From positions 350,574-414,573 of the forward strand of contig NZ_LKET01000039.1 of assembly GCF_001317355.1 (NCBI RefSeq): a DNA stretch of 64,000 bases. The letters run 5' to 3'. A program made the position numbers and the translations under genes. This DNA is from Oxobacter pfennigii (GTDB lineage Bacteria > Bacillota > Clostridia > Clostridiales > Oxobacteraceae). How positions within the stretch are numbered: the first letter of the stretch is position 1; every line of letters starts with the position of its first letter. Of the stretch, positions 40,517 to 51,143 are shown piece by piece. The notes beneath the pieces are model-generated. The model did not search any database, was not told where the DNA came from, and saw nothing but the letters and a program-made list of their open reading frames with translations.

Positions 40517-42070
40517 ATGATGATTACCTTGAACATGATCTATGAAAAACTGAAGTCAGACTGTCGATGCGAAAAAAACAGGAGTACTCTCTCCGACAAC
40601 CCGCTCCAAGCTCCTCTCCTCTACACTAACGGACCCCTTTCCCTAGGGTGCGTGTATGTGGCGGACGCTGCCGAGCTTAAAGGGGAGGAACTGGACGGCA
40701 TGGCGGTTGTCTGCGTGGGGACGCCCGCCTTTGATTACCTCCGAGTCTCCTTTGACCTGATTATTGTAGAGAATACTTATGATCTGAAGGCGCTCTTCAA
40801 CCGCATACAGACCATTTTCCTCTCTTTGCTCTACTGGGACGCCCAGCTCAAACATATATCCCGGGATTCCATGGATATGCAGAAGCTGTTGGAGGAGAGT
40901 CGCAGGGAACTGGACTATTCCTTTGTTTTTTTGAACAATTTCTTGAAACCCATCGCTATTTGCGCCGATTCAAGTCTGGACGGCGTACCGGACAAAGTGC
41001 AGAGCGAGCTCGTTGCATCCGTTCTCCAGAACGATGCCGTGGAGGATGTGAGCAAGGCCCCCAACGCCCGCAGATTTGTTACCGCCCACAACAAGAGGGG
41101 ACTCTATTACAACATTTACTATAACAGCGATTACCGGGGAAAGCTGCTGGCCTTATGCGACAGCTGCAGAGAGATCACCCGGGCAGACGAGTGCCTTTTT
41201 GAAAATATATGCCGTCATGCGGAAAAGATGTACGAGCTTTTTTCCAGCTCCTCAATGCGTATGCCCGGCTATGTGATGATGCAGCGGGTGATTCACGCCG
41301 TGCTGAGCGACAACTGCCAGTACGGCAACGCCGAGGTGTCTGAGGCCCTGAAATTTGCCAGATGGGGTGTAAACGACAGCTATGTGGTCTGCTTTATACC
41401 CTTCGGTGAGAACGGCAGCATACCCGTGCGGGCGGAGTATATCGTAACGCTGCTGGAGAACCGCTGGAGCGTCGCCCAGGGCGGCTATGCCTCCGGCATC
41501 GTGCTGGAGGACGGAATCGCGTGGATTGTAAACATCTCCCTGTCCGCGGAAGGGTATTTCGACGAGTTCCTGCCCGAATTCATCGACCTGGTGCGGGGCT
41601 TTAGCTTCCAGGCGGGCATGAGCGCGACGTGCCACGACTTTTTCTCCCTCCGCGCCTATCTTAAGCAGGCCGCCACCGCCATCAGGATCGGCTCCCGGAT
41701 GGAACCCGGCGCGGTCTTCTACAGCTTTAAGAAATACGCGCTGGAACATATGCTCGACAGTGCCGTAGGCACCTTTAATGCGGAGGACGTGATCCATCCC
41801 AGCCTCATCACGCTGATGAACTACGACCGTGAGCACAACACGGAATTTTGCAAGACACTTCGAGTGTTCATTAAGTACAGTTACAACGTGCTTCAGGCCA
41901 GCAGCGAGCTTTTTATCCACCGCTCCACCTTCTCGGTGCGAATCAAGCGCATCGAGTCTCTCTGCCGGATCGATCTGGACGACGAGCGCACCCGGCTGCA
42001 TATCCTCCTTTCCTTTTATATTCAGGAAAAGCTGGGCTGCATTCGGCAGCAATGCGGGGGCGACAGATAG
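40517..42070 (+). CDS. PucR/CdaR-family transcriptional regulator (GC-rich, foreign codon usage)
   Basis: C-terminal PucR HTH (TLRVFIKYSYNVLQASSELFIHRSTFSVRIKRIESL). GC content is far above the window average. Confidence 0.7.
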   Translation: MMITLNMIYEKLKSDCRCEKNRSTLSDNPLQAPLLYTNGPLSLGCVYVADAAELKGEELDGMAVVCVGTPAFDYLRVSFDLIIVENTYDLKALFNRIQTIFLSLLYWDAQLKHISRDSMDMQKLLEESRRELDYSFVFLNNFLKPIAICADSSLDGVPDKVQSELVASVLQNDAVEDVSKAPNARRFVTAHNKRGLYYNIYYNSDYRGKLLALCDSCREITRADECLFENICRHAEKMYELFSSSSMRMPGYVMMQRVIHAVLSDNCQYGNAEVSEALKFARWGVNDSYVVCFIPFGENGSIPVRAEYIVTLLENRWSVAQGGYASGIVLEDGIAWIVNISLSAEGYFDEFLPEFIDLVRGFSFQAGMSATCHDFFSLRAYLKQAATAIRIGSRMEPGAVFYSFKKYALEHMLDSAVGTFNAEDVIHPSLITLMNYDREHNTEFCKTLRVFIKYSYNVLQASSELFIHRSTFSVRIKRIESLCRIDLDDERTRLHILLSFYIQEKLGCIRQQCGGDR

Positions 42071-42182
42071 TTAAGCCTTTATCTGCGCTTATGTATCGTC
42101 CGCATCTTATCCCGTTTTCGCAGGTGCCCTGATCTTTGGAAGGGCGCCGGCACCTGACTGAGGTCTCTTCAGTCATACGCTT

Positions 42183-42232
42183 CCCCCTGTGAGAGACGGC
42201 AGGACATGCCGCCGCCATAGGGGGCGTTTTTT
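42183..42232 (+). terminator. intrinsic terminator after the PucR-like gene
   Basis: CCCCCTGTGAGAGACGGCAGGACATGCCGCCGCCATAGGGGGCG followed by T7. Confidence 0.5.
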
Positions 42233-42589
42233 TACATTTTCTTATTTGTTATTTGGATTTTAGAATTAAATTTCAGTCTAATCATGGTTTTACAGAAAAA
42301 AATAAGTCTGAAACTCTATATACACAACATTTTGATGAAAAGCGGCGTAACACTTCATTCACAATTCGGATTGTTTTTTAAAAAAATTCCAGTTATTATT
42401 GTTAGTTAGTGGTACTTTGTAACAGCATTATTCTTTATCCTAATGGCCTAATGAGAAAAGGAGGAGAAAGTTTAAATCACCTATAACCTTAAGAAACTAA
42501 GGAGTATCGGCGAGTTTCTGAACACAACAGTGCCCTTCACTCACCACATCTACTACTACAATATCTATTAAAATATTCATGATTTTGGG

Positions 42590-43010
42590 CATATCCAAAC
42601 ACTTCATTTTTCATATTTACTAAATGAATATCCCATCACGGTGCCGGAAAATTTCTAAGCGGTTGTAAACAGTGGCAAGCATCTGTGGATACCACCGCCA
42701 ATGATATCGTAAACATCGAATTCCGGGTTAGTACTGATCACATTCCGGAGCATAAGTCTGCGACCTTGGTCCCGCGAAGCCTAGCGAGATAAAAGGGCAT
42801 TTCAGAGCTGTTCGGCCTTTAGCAGGTGTATTCCCTAACGGTTGGCGGTTCTATGGTCAAGTTCGGCATGCCACCATCGACGATGCAAAGAAGTGGTATA
42901 AAAAGATCCGCTTCCCGGACATCGAAGCCATTAACCGGGATTTTATGGCAAAGCTCAAGGCCCTTTTAGGAATGAAACCCGCATTTTAAGATGCTGCTCC
43001 CAGAAAGGCC
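42590..43010 (+). pseudogene. frameshifted remnant of a transposase-like gene
   Basis: Two adjacent frames read ...DTTANDIVNIEFRVSTDHIPEHKSATLVPRSLAR and ...EIKGHFRAVRPLAGVFPNGWRFYGQVRHATIDDAKKWYKKIRFPDIEAINRDFMAKLKALLGMKPAF with no start or RBS. Family not identified. Confidence 0.3.
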
Positions 43011-43206
43011 TGTTCTGGCGTCTGATTTTCTTCATGCACTTTAGCGGACCAGCCATGGCCTATCTATCATGGCAAACACTCACCGTCTCCATCAAACTCA
43101 TTTAAGGCTCTTTACCGTCAGAGCCCTATGGTCGTATGTGCCTTTAATATCCGCCGTTACAGAGGAAAACACTATACTCAAATATTAGATTTTAGGAGGA
43201 TGTAAC

Positions 43207-44631
43207 ATGAATGAAGCACCAAAACTGACGAACCTGCATATTAATACTTATGCGCTGTCCAACAGTTTAAACTCAATGGCCTTCACTGTACCCATGACGT
43301 TTCTGACCTTATTTATGACAGACTACTTAAGAATTAGCCCCGTGGCTATCGGCACCGGTATGCTTATCGCCAAAACTGTTGACTTCTTAGTCGGACTCAT
43401 TGCGGGCATTTTTATTGAGCAGAGCAACATGAAGAAAGGCAAATATCTCTCGTGGATACGTCTTTTAACCATCACACTTTTCTTTGGTAACATTGTTCAG
43501 ATGATAGACACATCTTCTTTTATCAGCAATGCCACCGTACGTTTGGCTATCGTCATGATATTCTATATGATGTTCCACTGCTCCATGAACTTCTATGCCA
43601 CCTCCCGTGCGGCAATGATTCCTAAGATGGCCGGACACAACATGGAGGACCGTAAAAAGATTACCGCCCGTCAGGGCCAGTTTGCAGCCGCAACTGCCAT
43701 TATAACCTCGGCTGTGACCCTTCCCGCTGTTCAGCTTGTTCAGAATATCACCGGCTCAGCATCCCTTGGCTACTTCATAGTTGCTGCTGTATTTTCTGTC
43801 GCCTTCGCCACTGTCAACTTAATCTTTGTCAAGATAGCAGCTCCCTTTGATCCACCCCAGGCGTCCGTTGCTTCTGTGCGCAAGCCTCCAACTGTCGGAC
43901 AGATGGTTACTTCCGTTGTCACCAATAAGCAGATGCTTGTTCTTTTCTTCGGCTTCACTGCCTTCACCATCGGCACACAGCTTTACGCCGGCATCACCGC
44001 TTATTATTTCCGTGTGACCGGTACCTTTGCTTTCATGACCGTGGCAATGACCGCCCGCTCAATATGTGCCCTTCTTGCCAGCCTAGTTGCTCCGGCTCTC
44101 GGCCGCAAGATTGGAAAGAAAGGTTCTCTGATTTTCGGATGGTTCATTTATGCCTTAAGCACCATCTCGATTTGGGCCTTTGGTATTAATTCTGATGGCA
44201 GCGCAAACCTGGTTGTTATGACCGTCGCCATGTGCCTATGCCAGGGTGCAATGTACATCTATACCGTATTCACTGCCAACTACTACCTTGACTGCGGAGA
44301 GTACGGCTACTATGATACCGGCATTGACAACCGTACCATGGCTCTTACCGTCATGAACTGGCCCACTAAAATAGGCTTTGCATTGGGCGGCTCCCTTGTA
44401 GGATACTGTTTAGCATGGTCCGGCTATATTGCCCCCACCGCAACTACTGCAGCTACCTTCACCTACATGAACCGCTTCACGATGTCAATCGGATTAATAC
44501 CCGGTATATGTATGTTAATCGGTGCCACTATCATTCTGGTCGCCTACAAGCTGACTGACACTCAGGCTGCCGAATACGCAAAGCTCAACGCTGAACGTGA
44601 GGCTGGTGCTGCTGCCAAAGCCGCTAATTAA
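43207..44631 (+). CDS. GPH-family (glycoside-pentoside-hexuronide) cation symporter, MFS superfamily
   Basis: 12-TM MelB/XynP-like protein, GC-rich. Confidence 0.75.
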   Translation: MNEAPKLTNLHINTYALSNSLNSMAFTVPMTFLTLFMTDYLRISPVAIGTGMLIAKTVDFLVGLIAGIFIEQSNMKKGKYLSWIRLLTITLFFGNIVQMIDTSSFISNATVRLAIVMIFYMMFHCSMNFYATSRAAMIPKMAGHNMEDRKKITARQGQFAAATAIITSAVTLPAVQLVQNITGSASLGYFIVAAVFSVAFATVNLIFVKIAAPFDPPQASVASVRKPPTVGQMVTSVVTNKQMLVLFFGFTAFTIGTQLYAGITAYYFRVTGTFAFMTVAMTARSICALLASLVAPALGRKIGKKGSLIFGWFIYALSTISIWAFGINSDGSANLVVMTVAMCLCQGAMYIYTVFTANYYLDCGEYGYYDTGIDNRTMALTVMNWPTKIGFALGGSLVGYCLAWSGYIAPTATTAATFTYMNRFTMSIGLIPGICMLIGATIILVAYKLTDTQAAEYAKLNAEREAGAAAKAAN

Positions 44632-45471
44632 GTTTAGCATAGACAATTTTAAATATAATAAAATACCCATCAGTGCTATCCCTGCCGGTACAGCGACAGG
44701 GCAATTAGGCATCGGCTCTCTCACGGGACGCATGTCCGGTGCCATAGCCATCAGAGTGATGGACAATTCCATGTGTTTCTTATAGAGAAGGATTCGGAGC
44801 AATCTAAAAGACAATTATACGAGGATGCCGATTATCACAGGCATCCTCCTTTTGCATGTATTTAAACAGCCTGACCTTGATTCTAACCCGAAATTATTGC
44901 CGCAGCTCAAAGGAGTGGGCCTGATATGGATAAACTTGATTTCCGTATAAACTGCCATAGCTATGCCGGTCGGTGCGACACTATCCGCTCCGACTCCGCA
45001 ACCGCATAAATCTGGTTTGCAGAGTCGGAAAGAAAACCCGGTATTCCGAAGTTTTTGAGCGCAAAGGAGAGTGGCATGTCTTGCCGCTTACTTTTTTGCC
45101 TAACCTGTCCTCGCCTCGTTTATTATGAATGGCAGCAGTCGCAGTAAGAATTCGGCCCCAGCTTCAGCAATTTGATACTTCGTATGGCTTTCATTTAAAA
45201 ACGTAAAAACGCGTTGAAAAGCCGGCGGTATGGGCATGAACGCAGCAATACGCCGGTGCAAATAAAAGTTCAGGCAAATAATCTGGAGGTAACAAGGTCC
45301 CTGGAATACGCTAACAGTCTATGATTGATATTGCAGGAGGGGATCTTATATATTTTTGCATCAGACATGGCATATATGCAGGAAAAACAAAATAAACATC
45401 GAAATAATAATGTGAAAATTCACAGACCATTACAATCTTTCCTATATAATATCAATTTGCGGAGGTAGGTC

Positions 45472-45762
45472 ATGGAAAATAAAGTACTGGATAATGAACA
45501 GCTGGAGATAAAGAATCACATGGAAACTGTGGTGACACAAATGTTTGAAAATATGCTAAAAAGGCTTGACATTTGCAAATGTGAAATGTGCAGAAAAGAC
45601 ATAATCGCATATGCCTTGAATCATCTTCCGCCAAGGTATGCAGTAACTCAAAAGGGGGAGCTCTACTATAGGCTTGCGGAATTTACCCAGCAGTTCGAAA
45701 TTGATGTGCAGGTTATTCTTGCCGAAGCAGTGCAGGTAATTTCTCAAAACCCCAGACATTAA
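45472..45762 (+). CDS. comFB: ComFB-family small protein
   Basis: About 95 aa with CKCEMCRKDIIAYALNHLPPRY, the ComFB Cys cluster and NxLPP motif. Confidence 0.65.
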   Translation: MENKVLDNEQLEIKNHMETVVTQMFENMLKRLDICKCEMCRKDIIAYALNHLPPRYAVTQKGELYYRLAEFTQQFEIDVQVILAEAVQVISQNPRH

Positions 45763-45765
45763 GAG

Positions 45766-45800
45766 AACCGCCGATTTTACCGGCGGTTCTATATTTTCTA
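45766..45800. terminator. bidirectional hairpin between comFB and the M23 peptidase gene
   Basis: GAACCGCCGATTTTACCGGCGGTTC followed by T-rich sequence. Confidence 0.5.
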
Positions 45801-46853
45801 TTTAACTGTATAAGGATCAATGGCTTTTCCTTTATATCTCACTTCAAAGTGGCAGTGGTTTCCGGTAGACCTTCCGGTGCTGCCCATATAAGCTATTATA
45901 TCGCCCCGCTCCACTCTTTGTCCCACTTTTACATTCAGCTTTGAGTTATGGCCGTATAGGCTCTCGTAGCCGTTTCCATGGTTTATTTTTACTAAGATTC
46001 CGTAGCTTCCGTCCCTGCCTGCTATAGTCACAACGCCGTCGGCGGAGGCTCTTATGGCTGTCCCTCTTGAATTTGCTATATCTATACCGTCGTGGAACTC
46101 GTAATTCTTACCGAAGGGATTCTTTCTGTATCCAAAAGTGGAGGTAATCTTTCCTGATACCGGAAGCACTGAAGGCTTGGCTCTCATTTCCTTAAGCTTT
46201 TTTTCGGCCTCTGCTATTACTCTATCTAATTCTTTTATTTCATCATCCACTCTGGTTGCCATTTCATCTATTGTATCGCTTATTTGATCTATACCCTGAA
46301 GGTTGTCCACTAAAACTTCCTCTTCACCCGGGTAAAGGATTCCTCCTCCCCCCATGCCCCTACTGGCTATTTTAAAGGAGGTTAATTCTTCAGAATCATC
46401 TTTATCATCGGCGTTTGACTGGGTGTCTTCACCCTTGGCCTCTATGATATCCCTTAATCTGGTCTCCAAGTCCTGTATAACCTTGATTTTTTCTTTCATT
46501 TCATCTTCGCTGGCCTTGTACTCGCTCAACTGTTTTTCGCTGTAATCCTTCATGGCCTGAAGGGAATCATACTCGGCTTTTTTGCTTTCCAGCCTGGCGC
46601 TCAGCATATGATAAGAAAAGGCGAAGACACATACTATGGAAAACATTATGAAGTTCAATATGACGAAAGAAGATACCAGCCTTCTGGAAAACTTCAATGA
46701 TTTTACATTTTTAATGGGTGTATGGGGAACCACCATGATGGTGAAAAATTCTTTTCTGTTAAACCATCGTTTAAAAGTGTTCTTTATGGATTCCCATATG
46801 TAACTAAAAAATTGTCCGACTCTGCTCATAATCCTATGAAAGAATAAGTTCAT
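45798..46853 (-). CDS. M23-family (LytM/EnvC-like) peptidase with N-terminal TM and coiled coil
   Basis: M23 motifs (HDGIDIA, GSTGRSTGNHCHFE). ATG 46853 carries an RBS, whereas the 46886 ORF start does not. Confidence 0.8.
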   Translation of the reverse strand: MNLFFHRIMSRVGQFFSYIWESIKNTFKRWFNRKEFFTIMVVPHTPIKNVKSLKFSRRLVSSFVILNFIMFSIVCVFAFSYHMLSARLESKKAEYDSLQAMKDYSEKQLSEYKASEDEMKEKIKVIQDLETRLRDIIEAKGEDTQSNADDKDDSEELTSFKIASRGMGGGGILYPGEEEVLVDNLQGIDQISDTIDEMATRVDDEIKELDRVIAEAEKKLKEMRAKPSVLPVSGKITSTFGYRKNPFGKNYEFHDGIDIANSRGTAIRASADGVVTIAGRDGSYGILVKINHGNGYESLYGHNSKLNVKVGQRVERGDIIAYMGSTGRSTGNHCHFEVRYKGKAIDPYTVK

Positions 46854-47146
46854 TCTATCACCTACTCCTAAGGTTAATGGCACCATCCATATAGAACCAA
46901 CTAAAGATATTACATTTAATATACTGCTTTAAAATCCATTTGTGTTTAAGCTGCAACCTTACTTGTATAATAATGTAAAACTTAATTGAAAAAATATATT
47001 ATATGTTTGCACCATTAATATAATACCACAAATTCAGGCAAGACTGAATAAATTTTTCACTTTTTCATAAATTAATTTGTAATGCCGTAAATGCATTAAA
47101 TGTAATATAATATGGGTAGTCTATATAAAAAGCGGGGGAAAGGCTC

Positions 47147-47509
47147 ATGTTTTTCATAGGAATTTTCGGCATTCAAAATAAAGTAAAAGAATTAAAGGAA
47201 TTCACTGATGTCTGCTGTTCCTGCGGCAAATACTCCAGGATGAAATTGCTTTATGAATATAATTGCTTTCATATTTTTTTCTTGCCCTTGTTTAAATGGG
47301 GGAGAAAATATTTTCTTGAAGCCAGATGCTGCAGAAGGGTCTTTGAGGTGCCTGACAATTACATAGACGAACTTTTAGAGGCTGATACTGTGGATTTTAG
47401 CAGGCTCACAGAAATTAACATGCCATACACATTATGTCCAAACTGCAGAAATTACGTGGATTCAGGATATAAATTCTGTCCCAACTGCGGCAGCAAACTG
47501 AAGCTTTAA
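47147..47509 (+). CDS. zinc-ribbon-containing hypothetical protein
   Basis: CCSCGK...CPNCRNY...CPNCGSK ribbons. GGGGGAAAGG RBS. Confidence 0.45.
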   Translation: MFFIGIFGIQNKVKELKEFTDVCCSCGKYSRMKLLYEYNCFHIFFLPLFKWGRKYFLEARCCRRVFEVPDNYIDELLEADTVDFSRLTEINMPYTLCPNCRNYVDSGYKFCPNCGSKLKL

Positions 47510-47617
47510 AACTTGTAAATAAATTATTAAACAAGTATTGATTTTTAATGTCAGTTATTATAGAATAATAACAGCAATAGCAAAGGTGAACGTTTTTAAT
47601 AAAACTGAATATAAAGT

Positions 47618-47790
47618 TCGCCCGTATATACCCGGTAATATGGTCCGGGTGTTTCTACCAGACTGCCGCAAATTGTCTGACTATGGGTGTTTGTAAGCAT
47701 AATGCATAAAATGTTCAGATTTATTTCGTGTTGCTACATACAATATTTGCTTGTAAACTCCCTTATTTTTCATAAGGGAGTTTTATCTTT
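47618..47790 (+). promoter_or_regulatory. purine riboswitch, guanine-specific (C at the specificity position), with intrinsic terminator
   Basis: CCCGUAUAUACCCGGUAAUAUGGUCCGGGUGUUUCUACCAGACUGCCGCAAAUUGUCUGACUAUGGG. Terminator AAACTCCCTTA...TAAGGGAGTTTT at 47755-47790. Confidence 0.8.
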
Positions 47791-47822
47791 TAAAGATAAA
47801 ACAATGTAGAAGGAGACGAACA

Positions 47823-48392
47823 ATGGACTTGCTAAAAGAAAGAATAGTTAAGGAAGGCAGGGTAATTGGCAGCAGCATACTCAAGGTGGATGGCTTTTTA
47901 AATCATCAGATAGACATCCAGCTTTTAAATGAAATAGGCAGGGAATTCAAAAACAGGTTTTCCGATATAAAGGTTGACAAAATACTTACCATAGAATCTT
48001 CAGGAATTGGCCTTGCATGCATTACGGCTCAATACTTTAATGTTCCGGTGGTATTTGCTAAAAAAGCTCTGTCACTTAATCTTGACAAGGATGTATATGT
48101 TGCCGATGTTTTCTCCTATACTAAAAATACAGGATACAACGTATTTGTATCCGCCAAGTATTTAAGCAAAGGCGAAAACGTTCTTATAATCGACGATTTC
48201 TTAGCTAATGGACAAGCGGCTTTAGGCCTTATAAATATCATAGAACAGGCAGGGGCTACTGCCGTGGGAGTAGGAATAGTGATAGAAAAAGGCTTTCAGC
48301 AGGGAAGAAACCACATAGTGGAAAAGGGAATAAGGCTGGAATCCCTGGCTATAATAAAATCCATGGAGGACAACAAGGTTATATTTGAATAA
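47823..48392 (+). CDS. xpt: xanthine phosphoribosyltransferase
   Basis: Strong similarity to the B. subtilis Xpt N-terminus ([12 protein letters not shown]...TIESSGI). 189 aa. Confidence 0.9.
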   Translation: MDLLKERIVKEGRVIGSSILKVDGFLNHQIDIQLLNEIGREFKNRFSDIKVDKILTIESSGIGLACITAQYFNVPVVFAKKALSLNLDKDVYVADVFSYTKNTGYNVFVSAKYLSKGENVLIIDDFLANGQAALGLINIIEQAGATAVGVGIVIEKGFQQGRNHIVEKGIRLESLAIIKSMEDNKVIFE

Positions 48393-48476
48393 AACTGCGG
48401 GTTTATAAAGCTTAAATAAACTTTGCCTGCAGTTTGAATATAAGTTAAAAGGCTAAATGATGAAGGAGGAAAAAAC

Positions 48477-49598
48477 ATGAAAAAAATAACCGGTATAGTG
48501 TTAAGCCTGGTCCTTTTATTATCTGTTTTATTGACAGGATGCGGCGGTTCACAGCAGGGAGGAACACCTACGGCAACTCCAACACCCACAGAACAGGCAG
48601 CAGAGCCATTGGTGGTAGGGTTCATCTACATAGGACCTGTTAATGACGGTGGATGGACAGAGGCTCACAACAACGGAAGACTTGAAATGGAAACAGCATT
48701 AGGCGACAAAGTTAAAACTCTCATAATGGAAAACGTTCCTGAAAGCGCTGATGTTGAAAAAGCAATGCGTGATATGATAGACCAGGGAGCAAAGGTTATA
48801 TTCGCAACAAGTTTTGGATACCAGGATTATGTTGCAAAGGTTGCAAAAGAGTTTCCTGATGTAACTTTCCTTCACTGCTCAGGCAGCATTGATCTTCCAA
48901 ATGTAGGAACATATTTCGGCAAAATGTATGAAGCAAGATACCTCTCAGGTATAGTTGCAGGTATGAAGACAGAAACTAATAAAATAGGATATGTTGCAGC
49001 AATGCCCATACCCGAAGTTATAAGAATGATAAACGCATTTACTCTTGGCGTACAGTCAGTTAACAAGGATGCAACCGTTGAAGTTACCTGGACAAATACA
49101 TGGTATGATCCGGCTAAAGAAAAGGAAGCTGCAAAAGCGCTTCTTGACAAGGGCTGCGACGTACTTGCACAGCACCAGGATTCAACAGCCACACAGATAG
49201 CTGCTTCAGAAGCAGGAAAATTCTCAATTGGATATGACTTGGATCATCCGGAAAAAGTAAGCGGATACATGACAGCGCCAATCTGGCATTGGGGAAGCTA
49301 CTATATTAAGACTATAAATGAAGTACTTGGCGGAACCTGGAAACCCGGGAGCTATTGGGGACCGATGAGCGATGGCATAGTTGAATTGGCACCGTTGACT
49401 TCCTATGCACCGGAAGGCGCACAGGCTAAGATTGATGAAGCTAAGAAAGCCATAAACGACAGCTCATTAAAGATATTCAAAGGACCGTTAAAGGACAACA
49501 CAGGTATTGAAAGAGTTAAAGAAGGCCAGGTTATGACTGATGACGAAGTTTGGAGCATGGACTGGTTCGTTGAAGGAGTAATAGGTAAGACCAACTAA
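48477..49598 (+). CDS. BMP-family (PnrA/NupN-like) nucleoside-binding ABC transporter lipoprotein
   Basis: Lipobox LTGC, BMP-family fold. Confidence 0.85.
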   Translation: MKKITGIVLSLVLLLSVLLTGCGGSQQGGTPTATPTPTEQAAEPLVVGFIYIGPVNDGGWTEAHNNGRLEMETALGDKVKTLIMENVPESADVEKAMRDMIDQGAKVIFATSFGYQDYVAKVAKEFPDVTFLHCSGSIDLPNVGTYFGKMYEARYLSGIVAGMKTETNKIGYVAAMPIPEVIRMINAFTLGVQSVNKDATVEVTWTNTWYDPAKEKEAAKALLDKGCDVLAQHQDSTATQIAASEAGKFSIGYDLDHPEKVSGYMTAPIWHWGSYYIKTINEVLGGTWKPGSYWGPMSDGIVELAPLTSYAPEGAQAKIDEAKKAINDSSLKIFKGPLKDNTGIERVKEGQVMTDDEVWSMDWFVEGVIGKTN

Positions 49599-49622
49599 TA
49601 CTTAAGAAGGATTGTGGTGAGC

Positions 49623-51143
49623 ATGGATAAACTGAAGGAAGCAATAAGGATGGATAACATATCCAAATCATTCGGGAAGGTGCTGGCCAACAAGAACATC
49701 AATTTTGAAGCCCGAAGCGGCGAAATCCATGCTTTGCTGGGAGAAAACGGAGCAGGAAAAAGTACACTTATGAACATGCTATCAGGGATTTACACCCCTG
49801 ATAGCGGTTCTATTTTTATTTATGGGAAAGAAGTTTCTTTTCATTCTCCCAAAGATTCCATCCGTGCAGGCATAGGAATGATACATCAGCATTTCAAGCT
49901 CATTGATGTTTTGACGGCAAGGGAAAGCATTATCCTGGGGGAAAAGGGCAGCTTTCTTTTAAACCCCAAGGCAGAATATGCAAAGATAAAGGAAGTTTGT
50001 GATACCTTCGGACTGGATATCGACCTGGATAAAAAGATATATGATATGTCCGTCGGTGAAAAGCAAAACGTTGAAATCATAAAGGTTCTCTATAGGGGAG
50101 CCAAGATACTTATAATGGATGAGCCTACGGCAGTTCTTACTCCCCAGGAAATTGAAAAGCTCTTTAAAATAATGGGCAACATGAAGGAGCAAGGCTGCAC
50201 CATAATAATAATAACCCACAAAATGAACGAGGTTATGGCGGTGGCCGACAGGGTAACGGTTTTAAGGAGCGGTGAGACTGTGGGTACTGTTGTTAAAAAT
50301 GAGACCAATCCCAAAGCCTTGACGGAGATGATGGTGGGACGTCCCATGGATTTATCCGTTAAAAGGCTGGAAACAAACATGGGAAAAATCATACTTAAAG
50401 TAAATAACCTGAGTGTATATGGCGAAGATAAGGTAAGGGCGCTTACAAACGTGTCCTTTAATATAGCCGAGGGAGAAATCCTCGGTGTTGCCGGAGTTGC
50501 AGGCAGCGGACAAAAAGAGCTGTGCGAAACAATAGCCGGCCTCTATCCTATTGAATCGGGAGAAATATATTACAAGGATCAAAATATCGTAGGCAAAAGT
50601 CCAAGGGATATTATAAACATGGGTATCAGCATGAGCTTTATTCCCGAAGACAGGTTGGGAATGGGCCTGGTGGCTTCCATGGACATGGTGGATAACCTGA
50701 TACTCAAGGATTATCAGAATAAAAAAGGATTTTTGATAGACAGAAAACCGCCGGCAAAAAAAGCTGGGGAGATAATCGATAAGCTGGGTATTCAGACACC
50801 GGGAATTAATTTCCCCGTAAAAAAACTGTCGGGGGGAAACATCCAAAAAGTGCTCTTGGGCAGGGAACTGGAATCCGATCCCAAGCTTTTAATAACGGCA
50901 TACCCGGTGAGGGGCTTGGATGTGGGAGCAACCTATACAATATACAACCTTTTAAATGATGAAAAGAAAAAGGGCGTAGCCATTTTATATATAGGTGAGG
51001 ACCTGGACGTACTGTTGGAATTATGCGACAGGATAATGGTACTATGTGACGGAAAAGTAACGGGCATAGTGGATGCAAGGACAGCAACCAAGGAAGAAAT
51101 CGGCCTTATGATGGCCGGAGAAATGGAGGGAGCTACTTTATGA
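49623..51143 (+). CDS. ABC transporter ATP-binding protein with duplicated ATPase domains (NupO-like)
   Basis: Two Walker A motifs (GENGAGKST, GVAGSGQ) and two LSGG signatures. Confidence 0.85.
   Translation: MDKLKEAIRMDNISKSFGKVLANKNINFEARSGEIHALLGENGAGKSTLMNMLSGIYTPDSGSIFIYGKEVSFHSPKDSIRAGIGMIHQHFKLIDVLTARESIILGEKGSFLLNPKAEYAKIKEVCDTFGLDIDLDKKIYDMSVGEKQNVEIIKVLYRGAKILIMDEPTAVLTPQEIEKLFKIMGNMKEQGCTIIIITHKMNEVMAVADRVTVLRSGETVGTVVKNETNPKALTEMMVGRPMDLSVKRLETNMGKIILKVNNLSVYGEDKVRALTNVSFNIAEGEILGVAGVAGSGQKELCETIAGLYPIESGEIYYKDQNIVGKSPRDIINMGISMSFIPEDRLGMGLVASMDMVDNLILKDYQNKKGFLIDRKPPAKKAGEIIDKLGIQTPGINFPVKKLSGGNIQKVLLGRELESDPKLLITAYPVRGLDVGATYTIYNLLNDEKKKGVAILYIGEDLDVLLELCDRIMVLCDGKVTGIVDARTATKEEIGLMMAGEMEGATL

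Noticed and set aside
41252-42052. 266-aa minus-strand ORF and several 60-90-aa ORFs inside the GC-rich island
   Set aside because: It is antisense to the PucR-family gene. High GC content suppresses stop codons. The translation is Ala/Gly/Arg-rich with no domain signal.
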